This document shows positions 28,043-40,994 of a stretch of 64,000 nucleotides of DNA, in pieces. Source of the stretch: Eledone cirrhosa (lineage: Eukaryota); the NCBI GenBank assembly GCA_964016885.1, contig OZ024742.1:351478001-351542000 (forward strand), in the 5' to 3' direction. The position numbers were made by a program, and so were the translations under genes. A model generated the notes under the pieces. The model did not search any database. It saw only the letters and a program-made list of their open reading frames with translations, and was not told the origin of the DNA. The stretch's first letter is position 1, and each line of letters begins with the position of its first letter.

Positions 28043-30290
28043 TACACAAATTTAGAAGAACTGGCGTGGGAACACATCTTTCTAGCGGACTTAAGGACAG
28101 CACTCAATAAATCTCATAAATGGTAATCCCCTGGTAGAGACAGGGTGCCAACTTTCTGGCTTTCTTCACTCCCGTACACTGACAATATATTGGTCAAGCT
28201 GTTTAATGGAATTATGAAAGATCAAAAAAATACACCTGATTTGATAGCAAGTTGAATTACCTACTTTCTACCAAAGAACAACGAAACCAAAGATCCCAAA
28301 ATCTATCGGCCCATAACCTGCTTGTCCACCACTTATAAACTATTAACCTCTATTCTCATGGACAAAGCATACGGCGTTTTGGAGGAAAACAATGTTTTCC
28401 CCATTGAACATAAAGGGTGCCGACGAAGTTCATATGGTTGCAAATATCAACATTTGATTAATCGTATGATCATTGAGAACTGTCATAATAAACACAGAAA
28501 TCTCAGTGTTGCATGGATCGATTATAAAAAAGCCTTTGACAGAATACCACACTCATGGATTCTGAAATCACTGGACATCATCAAAATCTCACCTGTGATC
28601 TCAAACCTCCTGAAACACAATATGTCATTATGGAACACAAATCTCCAATTGTCTCATTCCACTGTGTTACTGTGCTCTAGGAATATAAACATCAACTGTG
28701 GTATATTCCAGGGTGACTCACTGTCACCCTTGCTTTTCTGCATAGCTTTAATACCTCTTACATCCGAACTTAATAGAACAGGGTACGGTTATAGAATTGA
28801 CAACAACAAAATAAGCCACATATTTTATATGGATGATTTGAAGCTATATTGCAAAGATAATGATGAACTGGAAGGCTTTAGTGGACAATAAAAACGTTTA
28901 GCGATGACATCAGGATGGAGTGTGGACTTGAAAAGTGTGCAAAAGCCACTTTCAAGAAGGGGAAGCTTGTCAACTCAGACTCAGTTGAATTGGATGCTGA
29001 AACAATCATAAAGGAACTTGAGCAGGAACAAACCTATAAATACATAGGGATTATTGAGGGCTCTGGTATACAGCATGCAAGTATGAAATAGAGGATATGG
29101 AAATAATGTTACAGGAGAGTACGTGCAGTTCTGAGATCAGAACTGAACGCTCGTAACAAAGTGCTAGCCATAAATTCCTTGGCAGTCCCAGTTGTCACTT
29201 GTAGCTGCTTCGGTGTGTTGAACTGGAATATGAGTGAAATAAAAAGAATCGACACCAAAGTCGGTAAGCTACAGACGTGTAATAGGATGCACCACCCAAT
29301 TAGCATCAAATTGGGAGCAGAAACCTCTGCATGGCAAATATGTGGCCCGTAGCAAACAAGCTAATGTTGACCAAAAGCGCACCCATCAGTGGCTACGTAG
29401 TTTAGGGCTAAAGGCGGAGAGTGAAGCCTTCATTTTAGCTGCCCAAGATCGAAATTTATTGACTCGTAATTACCAGGCCAATGAGATGAGAAACGGAATA
29501 AACCCATAGTGCCGATTCTGCAATGCTGAGGTTGAAACAGTTGATCACTTAGTCTCTGGATGTAAAGTTTTAGCACCAGTAGAATACAAATATAGACATG
29601 ACAGAGTTGGCAAATATCTACACTGGGTAATATGTCGGCATTACAAAATCAAAGCTGAAGACAAGTGATACAATCATCACCGCGAGACTGTAACTGAATG
29701 AAATTCTCTGGGACTTTCCTTTACATACTGACAGGACCATAAAAGCAAATAGACCTGACATCATTGTAAAATATCAAAATAACAAGGTATGTTTATTGAT
29801 AGATATGAGTATTCCATGTGATCACAATATCGCGGCAAAAGAATTTGACAAGCTACGAAAATATAATGATCTGCTTATTGAAGTTGAGAAAATGTGGCAC
29901 CTGAAGGCCGTTACAATACCAGTGATTGTGGGAGGACTGGGAATGATCAGGAAAGGAACAAAACAATATTTGCGAATGATTCCTGGTGTATCTTCTCTGC
30001 ACGAGGTGCAATGGATTGTTTTGACTGGTACTGCACACGTATTGAGAAGAGCACTATTCCTGTAAGATTGATATCTCCCCTTGTATTTACATATGAATAT
30101 GCACATGTATATATATGTATACTGTTTTTCTTTGTTTTTTGTTTCTAATTATAATCAATGTGCTGTACTAACTGGCTTACCAATGCACACTGTGAACTTA
30201 TTTGCCCTGGATGTCAGGATGACACTCGGCATATATCTCAGAAACAATAATGAAAGAAAATAGAAATGACAGTAATAATAATAATAATAA
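28043..30290 (+). mobile_element. R4/Dong-like LINE, RT + REL region, degenerate
   Basis: YRPITCLSTTYKLLT, AWIDYKKAFD, GIFQGDSLSPLLF, FYMDDLKLY, AINSLAVPV, RPDII, IDMSIP, IPVIVGGLG; (TAA)n tail. Confidence 0.92.
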
Positions 30291-30460
30291 GGGACAAAGG
30301 AAAGGCTAGCAAAATATATAAATAGACTGACTTAGGCCCGGTACAAACGTTAACGACTATGGCACTGTTGCACTACCCACCAACAATAGAGAAAGCCCCA
30401 CCACCACCACCGACATAGCCAACAACAACAACAGGCAACTTCAACAAAAAGTATAATATA

Positions 30461-31929
30461 CTAGCATTAAAGCCCGGCGTTGCTCGGGGTCATTAAGTTA
30501 CCAAAGTTAGGTTGCAGCACTTTTTTGTCTGCCAGGCACTGGGTGAATGAATTGCAGACCTGGAAGCATGAGCTGCGTCAGCAGTGACAATTGTAGTTTC
30601 GCCTATGGATATTATCTCTGTGCAAAAAAGTGTTGAAATTTATTGTTTCACAGTACTTGCGCAACACGCGAGTAGACGATGCCAGCCGAACAACAGAGCT
30701 GCGATGGAGTTGTTCTGCATGGTTGTCTGTGTGTTTTCTAAATTTAAGACAGTAGGGAGGGTTGTGATATGAGGGAGAGTTAGCTGTTGTTTCTAGCAGG
30801 TTTAGTGACCTCATAGAGGATATGTGTTTTCTAAATTTAAGACAGTAGGGAGTGGTGTGATATGAGGGAGAGTTAGCTGCTGTTTCTAGCAGGTTTAGTG
30901 ACCTCATAGAGGATATGTGTTTTCTAAATTTAAGACAGTAGGGAGTGGTGTGATATGAGGGAGAGTTAGCTGCTGTTTCTAGCAGGTTTAGTGACCTCAT
31001 AGAAGATATGTTTTCTAAATTTAAGACAGTAGAGAGGGGTGTGATATGGGGGAGAGTTAGCTGCTGTTTCTAGCAGGTTTAGTGACCTCATAGAGGATAT
31101 GTTTTCTAAATTTAAGACACTAGGGAGGGGTGTGATATGAGGGAGAGTTAGCTGCTGTTTCTAGCAGGTTTAGTGACCTCATAGAAGATATGTTTTCTAA
31201 ATTTAAGGCAGTAGGGAGGGGTATGATATGGGGGAGAGTTAGCTGCTGTTTCTAGCAGGTTTAGTAACCTCATAGAGGATATGTGTTTTCTAAATTTAAG
31301 ACAGTAGGGAGTGGTGTGATATGAGGGAGAGTTAGCTGCTGTTTCTAGCAGGTTTAGTAACCTCATAGAGGATATGTGTCTTCTAAATTTAAGACAGTAG
31401 GGAGTGGTGTGATATGAGGGAGAGTTAGCTGCTGTTTCTAGCAGGTTTAGTGACCTCATAGAGGATATTATTGTTTATCATCTATATATATAAAACTGAC
31501 TGCACGCCTAACGAAATTTACAGATACATATATTTTAAATAAACTTATATAATTTTTGCTTTTTTTTACGAAATATTTGCTTGTTTTACGTAGTCTTTAA
31601 ATAGACTTGTTTTCAAGTAAAAATTATTGTGTTAATGTCATTTTAAACGCTGAGAAAGCCAGCGTAATTTTTTTAATTTTTGATATGCAGACGCTCAATG
31701 TAAACAGAACAAAGGGAAATAACTGATCACTTACGCTCAAAAATCGATACATTATATTCGATTTCGTCAGATAGGGTGGGTCAATTTGAAATATTTTTTT
31801 CCCGATGTCTTCGCTAGGGCTCAATGTACAAGTATAGCAATTTCGGTGCAATTCCGTGAGAGATTGTAAGAGTAGATGTGTGCCAAAAATCGATAGACAG
31901 ACAGACAACCACAGTTTTATATATATAGA
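30461..31929 (-). mobile_element. Non-autonomous Helitron carrying a 93-bp minisatellite
   Basis: Minus-strand 5' TCTATATATATAAAACTG and 3' hairpin CCCGAGCAACGCCGGGCT + CTAG; inserted between A and T. Confidence 0.82.
30731..31468. repeat. Minisatellite, ~8 copies of a 91-93-bp unit
   Basis: GTGTTTTCTAAATTTAAGACAGTAGGGAG... recurs at 30731, 30824, 30917 and onward; seen as a 31-aa repeat in the ORF track. Confidence 0.95.
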
Positions 31930-32019
31930 TTATTAATAATAATTTCTTTCTTAAGCCACGCAGTGCTCACATTAAGGAACCACTCATGATAAAAACAAAA
32001 GAAAAACCCGTGACCAACA

Positions 32020-33350
32020 AATACTGGGATGGCGACCGGCCGGGAATAGCCGTGTCTCTAGGGGAGGAAGACCCTCTAGTCTTGGTTGACACAGGAGTGG
32101 TAACACGAAATTACCCCTTGGTGGTTAAGGATAAAACGCAACAAAATAAAGCCAATGTAAAATGATAAAATCTCATATCGGATCGGCCGTCACCCGGGTC
32201 AAAATGTGCTGAATCCCTCAGAGAGCCCTCCATGCTCACCACCAAGAAATCCAAAGTAAAAGAGAGAAAAATGATCAAGGGAAGACAATAAAGAAGTCCT
32301 TGAGGCTTTCTACACTGTCATGTACTACCCATCAAAATAGATCGAATACAGAACAGACATATATCAACTTGAAAAAGAAACATCCCGAAAACAGAGGCTA
32401 TATTGACCGTAACAAACTGGCCAATATACGAAGAAATAATAAGTTACTAACTTATAAAGAAATTGATGAGATCAAGCAATTAGCACAAAGTCAGCGAAGG
32501 GAAAATGAAACATGTGTCAGTGAAAACGAGGTAAATTGTAACACTTCGAATCCCAGAGTTGGGCTCAATATGGTACTCAAAATGAAAACAAAGAGATCGT
32601 AAATGATAAAAAAATGAATGAGAATGAACTCACCGACTTGAGGTATGAAATTATGACCGAATGAAGGAAAATGAAAGAATCTGACATGGGGTACGAGACA
32701 CTCTCCCTAAGATGCAAAACTCCAAACACAACCAAAAGATAATACACAAGACTAACATAATTCTCAAAAGCATTATCATCACAAACAAACTAAACATTAC
32801 TGATCTAAATCATCTCTATTATGCATCGGCTAAAGTCACCATTCACTTATGTGGAGTGAAAATAAAAAAAAAACAAAGGAATTCCCATAAGCAACCTACT
32901 TGGCAAGAGAACATCAAATAAACCTTCTCCGATCTAATATAGAAATTTAAACAAACTACAAAGTAGGTGAACATGTTAAACAAACTAAACTTGGAAAATT
33001 GAAAAGAAAATACACTATAAAATCACCAAATGACATAGACATGCTGATAGAAACAATCAAGAAAAAAGTGTCTGCCAAAGCTGCTCGTGTAAGGCGCTTT
33101 GAAAAACAATCTAGATTCTATAATGACAATAATATGTTCAAAAAGAACCAACAAAACTTCTACGGAAAAGTTGGCAAGTCAACAATAACTGCTAAATCAA
33201 TACCACCCAAAGAGGAAGTGCAATAATTCTGGGAAAAGATCTGCCTCATGGATAGGCAGACAAATGAAAGATAATGCTCATCTTGAGGAACAAACAGTTG
33301 AACAGTTGATTTTAGCTCTTAGAAAAACCAGCAAAAACCAGCATTGAACA
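32020..33350 (+). mobile_element. R4/Dong-like LINE 5' part (UTR and N-terminal ORF), degenerate
   Basis: REDNKEVLEAFY, KLANIRR, LYYASAKV, QPTWQ, KKKVSAKAARVRRFEKQSRFYNDNNMFKKNQQNFY, PPKEEVQ. Confidence 0.75.
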
Positions 33351-33894
33351 TCAATTTCCATAGAGATGACCTTTTTGAGTTTTTGTTAGCAGACGTTGAA
33401 TGTGCAGTAGATATCTATATTCTACAGCCATGTACTAGCAAAAATGTGACATATTTTACAATATTGGATTATTCTGTCACTTTTACAATAGTTTAAAGCA
33501 TTTTTGGTGTTTACTGGAAAGATATTATGTCATATTTTCTTATGAAACTTAAAAGAGTGATGGAATTGTCTGGGATTTGATTGATGTCAGTGTGGAAATT
33601 GAGATATGACAGAGTTAAAAAGACAGTGCATGTTTTAGGTCGATATTTCATTTGTCAACTTCATAGGAACTTAGTCATTATACCTTCAAACTGTAAATTG
33701 ACAAACATGAAATAAAGCAACTGCGGGATTGTGGTAGATGTATCTTAGTGAGCTTCGAATTTTGCAATAAATAAAAAAACAGAAACATTTCTACGAGAAA
33801 GATTTGTTTATTAACAAACACACATATACGACCCCCCCCCCCCCCCACACCCCACCCCCACCCCCAACAAAAAAAATCACTAATCATTTAATAT

Positions 33895-34077
33895 TTGTTT
33901 CTACGTTTGGAGCAAGGCTTGCAATTATCAGCACATTACTGAAACTTTATTTTATCGACCCGTAAGGATGAAAGGCAAAGTTAACCTCGACAAGATTTGA
34001 ACTGAGCCGCAAAGGGACGTATCTATGCTAGAAAACATGGCGTCCAACCCTCTACCGATACTGCCAATCCACCGCCC
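33895..34077 (-). mobile_element. tRNA-derived SINE
   Basis: Homologous over its length to 56341-56533. Confidence 0.8.
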
Positions 34078-34482
34078 AGAATCATATAATAATGCTTCAA
34101 TAAATATAAGTAATGAAGTGAATATGTTCGAAAGTTTAAGCAAAAATAACGATAAAAATAATCCGAGTTAGAGTGTAACAGGTTCAACAGACGTGTTGGT
34201 CATACTTGTTATATATTTACAACCCATTCGACCGAAATTAGAGATCAAATGTATTGAATTGAGAAATAGTTGAAAACATTAAATATATCAATGTATTACA
34301 TTCTGTTTATAAATCATATGTACCGGATGGATCCGTGTAATGGGTGGACATATATATATATACGACATAACTACATTTTCTCTCCGACACTCATTATCTT
34401 TTTTATGTCTCTAATGAATTACATAAGCATAGAGAGGATTATTGAAATTGGTAGCAATCGAATGAGAACTGATCAATATAAA

Positions 34483-35112
<630 letters not shown>

Positions 35113-35113
<1 letters not shown>

Positions 35114-35380
35114 GGTGGTTATCTCCCTTTTTTTATAAGGATTTTCAATAAAGTAGGTTATCTCCCTTACATCAATTTTGCTACCGATAATTTTGATATC
35201 GATTTGTTATTGCTCAGCGTGGGTCCATTGGGAAAATGTTTGTGATGTGACCATCTTAGCGACCTGTGCAACGAGCACAGAAAATTTGGTCAAATTCGGT
35301 TGTTAATTGTAAAAGCCTTAGGTATCCAAAGTTGTAAACAGACACACACACATACTCGCTTTTATATAAATAAAGATAGA
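35113..35380 (-). mobile_element. Probable non-autonomous Helitron 5'-end fragment
   Basis: The minus strand starts TCTATCTTTATTTATATAAAAGCGAG..GTGTCTGT, resembling the 5' ends at 31929 and 4332. Confidence 0.45.
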
Positions 35381-35407
35381 TATATATGTATATATATATA
35401 TATATAT

Positions 35408-35816
35408 AAGAAACACACGCATCAGTTGCTTTCACTTCAATTTATTATAAATTAAGTTCATAAATTTAAGAATTTATAAATTTCCGGTTGGTTGATTGGT
35501 TCCACAACCAGACGATTGTTCATATATTGTCAAAGTTCTTTTGTGTGACCTCTTCAGTGACTGGGGATTCTTTTCTTTGTTTTGTGAATCTTCTTTGTTC
35601 TGAAGATGGCGTAGGATAAAACAAAGGAGAGGCACAAAAACAAAGAAAATAATCCCTTGTCACTGAAGAGGTCACATAATGTGTGACGAAAGAACTTTGA
35701 CAATATATGAACAATCGTCGGGTTGTGGAACCAACCAACCAACCAACCGGAAATTTATAAATTCTTAAATTTATAAATTTAATTTATAATTAATTGAAGT
35801 GAAAGCAACTGGTGCA
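35408..35816. mobile_element. Fold-back Penelope pLTR pair
   Basis: ~35418-35586 is the reverse complement of ~35632-35816; same family as 10880-11192. Confidence 0.82.
35657..35703 (+). ncRNA. Minimal type I hammerhead ribozyme
   Basis: TTGTCA-CTGAAGA-G-GTCACAT aat GTGTGAC-GAAA-GAAC-TT-TGACAA: 6-bp stem I, 7-bp stem II, CUU triplet. Confidence 0.7.
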
Positions 35817-35846
35817 TATATAACACAGACCCTCCATCTCAACTCA

Positions 35847-35884
35847 CCTTTTGAAAAGCACAAGAACTGCGAAACCGGTAAAGG
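35847..35884 (+). ncRNA. 38-nt minimal type I hammerhead, U3-A8 core variant
   Basis: CCTT-TTGAAAA-GCA caagaac TGC-GAAA-CCGG-TA-AAGG; palindromic stem III, GUA triplet. Confidence 0.7.
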
Positions 35885-35953
35885 AACCAAATAAATATAT
35901 ATATCTTTTAAAAAAATAAGACTTCAGTTGCACTTTCGATTTCATCTCTTTTT

Positions 35954-36001
<48 letters not shown>

Positions 36002-36446
36002 ACAAGATACCGTTTTCGCTTTCTCCAGTTCGGAGTTGTTTATTCGTATGCCTCTCGTGTGTATGCTTGCCCATCTTCCCATTTCATACGGAATGATGTG
36101 ACAATAGTCATCACTCTTATTTGTCATGTACGGAGTAAGAATTATTCCACAGCATTTGAATTCGGATTTTCCCGATGGTTTATTGAGGATAGCGATTTCA
36201 AGGTAAAATAATTCATATATGGTAATGAAACACATGTAAATGTAAGAAATAAATCCTACTCTATTTCTTACCTGTGTAAATCATTTGCTGCGGTTACCCC
36301 AGACTTTACTCAGGATATATATATGTAGACCCAGAGTAAAAGCTGGGGTAACCACAGTAAAACATTGAGGCACTACATTACTGAATTAATAGAGTGTACG
36401 CATCAGTAAACATATATGTATGTACCGCAGCATACGCACACACGCA

Positions 36447-36517
<71 letters not shown>

Positions 36518-36534
36518 CCACACACACACAAACA

Positions 36535-36588
<54 letters not shown>

Positions 36589-36680
36589 GAAATAAGAAAA
36601 ATATATTGTTCATACACATATTTCCCCAAAATTCCTGATTGAAAGCCATGTTTTACTCGTTATTGTTTTATTTGCACCAC

Positions 36681-36816
<136 letters not shown>

Positions 36817-36961
36817 TTTATATATTGTTCATTATTCATTCTCTTTAAAAAGAGAATGGATAATGGAGATTAGAGATGAAGATAACATTACATGGTGCGA
36901 GTATTCCTATTAACAATATTGGTGACATGACTAGCCCCCGATATAACAATATGTATATGTA

Positions 36962-37357
36962 CTGGAATTTCGTATTTCTAAAGAAATACGGTATAGTTAT
37001 GAATAAACAATTAGAAAGCCGTAGCTATGCAAAAACACCTACAGCTATCGCCACCCAGTGGTGTCCAGGAAGTGGGACAATCTTCTATTCATATGCAAAT
37101 GAGATTAATAAGCTCAATCACACAGCCGATAAAACTATATTTTCTCGCCTGTTTTCAAGTCCAGCGTCTGCAAGAGCGGGATGGATCGTTCTGATTAGAA
37201 GCAGTTCAGTTCGAATCTTATCGACGATTGCCCGCCCCCCTTAATTCTGCTGGAAACCGTGAGGTGGTGGTCGCTGTCGTTGTGTTTGCATAGCTACGGC
37301 TTTTTGAATATTTATTTATAAATATAGCGTATTTCTTTAGAAATACGAAATTATCTG
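36962..37357. mobile_element. MITE (Tc1/mariner-like) with ~70-bp terminal inverted repeats
   Basis: AATTTCGTATTTCTAAAGAAATACG...AAAGCCGTAGCTATGCAAA is mirrored at 37282-37352; TA on both sides. Confidence 0.7.
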
Positions 37358-37395
37358 TATAAAGCTCTGCTTGAAGCTCTAAATCTAATTCTATT

Positions 37396-37437
<42 letters not shown>

Positions 37438-37715
37438 AAGTTTTCGCTCTACATGGGTGAATACACTAAATGTAATCTGAGGTTTTCGAATATTAATAAC
37501 ATTCGATTCGGTTGCAATTATGAAAACAAGCCTCAATTTTATAGTCATGTCAGTAGAATGGACCCTTCATTCTTGCTCTTGTGTTGGCATGGTATGGGAA
37601 CAGAACTGCAGGCACTACCGTTTCTGGGTATCACCCTTCATCAGTACAGCTTACTGTTCAACTTCCAAACTGTCAGATCTAGTGAAAATATATGCTATTT
37701 TCAAAAATTCACTAT

Positions 37716-37815
37716 GACTGATCGTCCTGATTTGCATATTAGCAGACTAGCTGATCAGGCAGATCTTCATATTAGCAGATCTACTGATCAGCCAGATTTG
37801 CATATCAGCAGACTG
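37716..37815. repeat. 3 x 33-bp tandem repeat
   Basis: (A/G)CTGATC.....GAT.T.CATAT.AGCAGA.. three times. Confidence 0.8.
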
Positions 37816-37894
37816 CCCAGTCAGTTTCATGTATACGAGCAAAAAATGCCCAGCTTTGCCAAATTCAAATAAAAAAGACAATGTTCGCTCTACA

Positions 37895-38380
37895 TGGCTG
37901 AACAGGCCTCGACTATTGGAGTCGATTAGAAAAGCTCACACTTTATTATCTCTAACGTTACCATGAGCGTTACATATTCTGCACGATGTGGAAAATATTC
38001 CAGCAGCTTTGCCCAAATAATGTTGGCATCACCTTTTGTGTACATCCAAGGCTTGGGCCCCGTGCTATCCGCCTCATCTCATAACAACAATACGGCACAA
38101 TTATCTCACCTCAATGGGCCCTGCTCTCTTTAACATTACACAAAAACATATCAAAACAGAAACAGACCCCATCAAGTTCAAGACGTCTTTGGACAAATTC
38201 CTTCGAGAAATCAAGGATAAGCCTCCTACACCCTGATATAACTCCGTAAACAATAACTATCTGCTCGAGTGGGCCATGGTGCCCAAACCCTGATTTGTAA
38301 GACTTCGCCAGGTGGTGCTATTAAGTTAGACATGGCCTGGGCCAATACTGGCCGAAACCTATCAAATTTATCAAAGTAAG
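37895..38380 (+). mobile_element. 3' end of a CR1-group-like LINE
   Basis: RLEKL.L, ERY, MGPALFN, FKTSLDKFLREIKDKPPTP C-terminal pattern; short-repeat tail. Confidence 0.6.
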
Positions 38381-38412
<32 letters not shown>

Positions 38413-38417
<5 letters not shown>

Positions 38418-39400
38418 TAAAAATAGACCAAGAGATTAAATGTCCCTCATCAGTAATCTGCTGATTATCGTTGGTATTTCTTCGCATTAAATACTAGATG
38501 CCTAAAATCAGTGCGAGAGATAACAACATTTGGTTATCGGGACAGAGGAAAACAGAGGGGAGGAAACAAACAACATGGTAGTAATGCAACATACAAAGAG
38601 AAAAAGAGAGACAAGTCAATGAATCTTGTGGGCTTAAGTCCGACAAATCAAATTGACGAGAAGAAATAGACACGCCCGAGCCACGAGAAGTTTGAGAGGG
38701 GAAAGAAATTCAGGCAGGTCAGACCGGAGGGAGTGAGAGAGGAGTAGCAGAGAGGGAGTGAGTGAAAGTGCGAGGTAGGGGCCAGCCGAGAGTGAGTGAC
38801 CAGCAGCGGGAGTGCTGGAAGGCAAGAGATGAAGGAGAGAGAAGGGGGAGAGAGAAAAAGGGGATAGCAGTAAGGTGACAGAAAAAATAGGAACGACAGC
38901 GAAGGGAAAAGAAATATGTGAATGAAAAATGGTGTGCTGCGGTGTTGCGATGATGACAAATGCGAACCTCTTGCCTTCCTCCACCCCCGCTACACGTCAC
39001 TCACTCCCGGCTGGCCCCTTCCTCACTCTTTCAGTCAGTCCCTCTCTGCTACTCCTCTCTCACTTACTCCCGTCTGACCTGCTTGAATGTCTTTCCTCTA
39101 TCAATCTTCTCGTGGCTCGGACGCGTCTATTTCTTCTCGTCAAATGGATTCATTGACTTGGACTTTTTACCTCTCTTTACGTTGCATTACTACCATGTTG
39201 TTTGTTTTCTTCCCTCTGCTTTCCTCTGTCCCGATAACCAAATTTAGTTATCGCCCGCACTGATTTTAGGTATCTAGTCGTTAATGCGAAGAAATAACAA
39301 CGATAACAGCAGACTACTGATGATGGACATTTAATCACTTGGTCTATTTGTATTCATCTGTTCATGTCGCAACAACGCAGCACGCGATTTTTCAGTCAGA
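38413..39400. mobile_element. Fold-back pLTR-like element with a decayed hammerhead core
   Basis: ~38413-38825 is a diverged reverse complement of ~38975-39357. CTGATGA-(T/G)GGACAT...ATGTC lies near the outer end; TA tracts flank it. Confidence 0.75.
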
Positions 39401-39404
39401 TATA

Positions 39405-39472
<68 letters not shown>

Positions 39473-39473
<1 letters not shown>

Positions 39474-40369
39474 GAGGTGGGTCAGAAATGTTCCAGGACT
39501 GTTGTCACAAAAGACTTATTTTAAATCGAAATTTCATACTAAGAGTTTTCTCCTTCAAAGTAATCCCTCTGGAGTCTAATGCACTTTTCCATCATTTTCT
39601 GCCACGCTTACATGCACTCCTGGCAGGATTCTTCCGGGATGCTCCGCAGTTCCGTCGTAACGGCCTTTTTGGTGTCGTCCACGTCTTCAAAACGGGTCCC
39701 CTCCGGGTCTTACTCGATGATCCATGACTCATCACCGGTGATGAGTGTCCCTAGCAAGTCTGGTTCGGTTTCAAGAAGCTCGGGGATGTCCTGACACACT
39801 TGCATGCGTCAACACTTCTGGTCATCGTTCAGCAGTTTTGGCACCATCTTCACGCAGACTTTCCGCATGTCCAAATCTTCAGTGAGAATCTTCCAGACGC
39901 TGTCCCGATCCATGCCCAGCTCATTTGCCATCAGTCGAACAGTCAGCCGACGATCACTACGCACCAACGGTCTGACGCACTCAACGTTGACTTCAGTCCT
40001 GGTTGTTGAGGGCCTTCCACTCCTGGGGGTCATCTTCCACGTCCTTGTGTCCTTCTTTAAACCTCTTGCACCACTCAAAAAACACGTGAACGTGACATCG
40101 TCTCAACTCCATAAACTTGCTGCAGCAATCCCAGTGCTTCTGACGGAGTTGTCAAGTATCTTCATTGCTCTGCGCTCATTGCTAGACGACCTGAAACAGA
40201 GGACGTGTATATAAAATTGTGAAGAAAAACGTTTGATCGCTGCAGAAAGCTAAGATTACAGTTACATACCCCAGGGGGATTACTTTGAAGGAGAAAACTC
40301 TTAGTGTGTAGTTTGGGTTTTAAATAAATCATTTGTGACATCAGTCTTGGAACTTTTCTGACACACCTC

Positions 40370-40370
<1 letters not shown>
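39473..40370 (-). mobile_element. Internally deleted mariner transposon
   Basis: ~100-bp TIRs (CGAGGTG.GTCAGAAA.GTTCC) with TA flanks. Transposase relic RSGRPST...DRRLTVR.MANELG...KILTEDLDMRKVCVKMVPKLL, ITGDESW. Confidence 0.92.
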
Positions 40371-40432
<62 letters not shown>

Positions 40433-40440
40433 ACATACAT

Positions 40441-40476
<36 letters not shown>

Positions 40477-40617
40477 TATATATATATATACATACATACA
40501 TTATATATATATATTATATATATATATTATATATATATATATATATTATATATATATATATACATACATTATATATATATATTATATATATATATATATA
40601 CATACATTATATATATA

Positions 40618-40658
<41 letters not shown>

Positions 40659-40684
40659 GTATTTATAAATATATATATATAATG

Positions 40685-40739
<55 letters not shown>

Positions 40740-40881
40740 TATATAGAGAGATTGGGGGATATGGATCTGTCATGGAAAATCCAGCTTTTATATCGAGCTA
40801 GATTTAATATAATAAGAATTTATTAAACTATTAAAAGAAATATATTAGCCGAGCATACTGAATCAATGTTATATAGATAAT

Positions 40882-40994
40882 TGTTTCTACTTTAGGCACA
40901 AGGCCAGCAATTATCCAGTACATTACTGGTACTTTATTTTATCAACCCCGTAAGGGTGAAAGGCAAAGGCAGCCTCGGCGCGATTTGAATTCAG
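40882..40994 (-). mobile_element. 5'-truncated SINE with 16-bp target-site duplication
   Basis: TSD ATGTTATATAGATAAT at 40866-40881 and 40995-41010. Confidence 0.82.

Noticed and set aside
30731-31468. CRISPR-like regular array or 31-aa repeat protein
   Set aside because: Units are wholly repeated with no unique spacers, no cas genes are present, and the 91-bp units break the frame.
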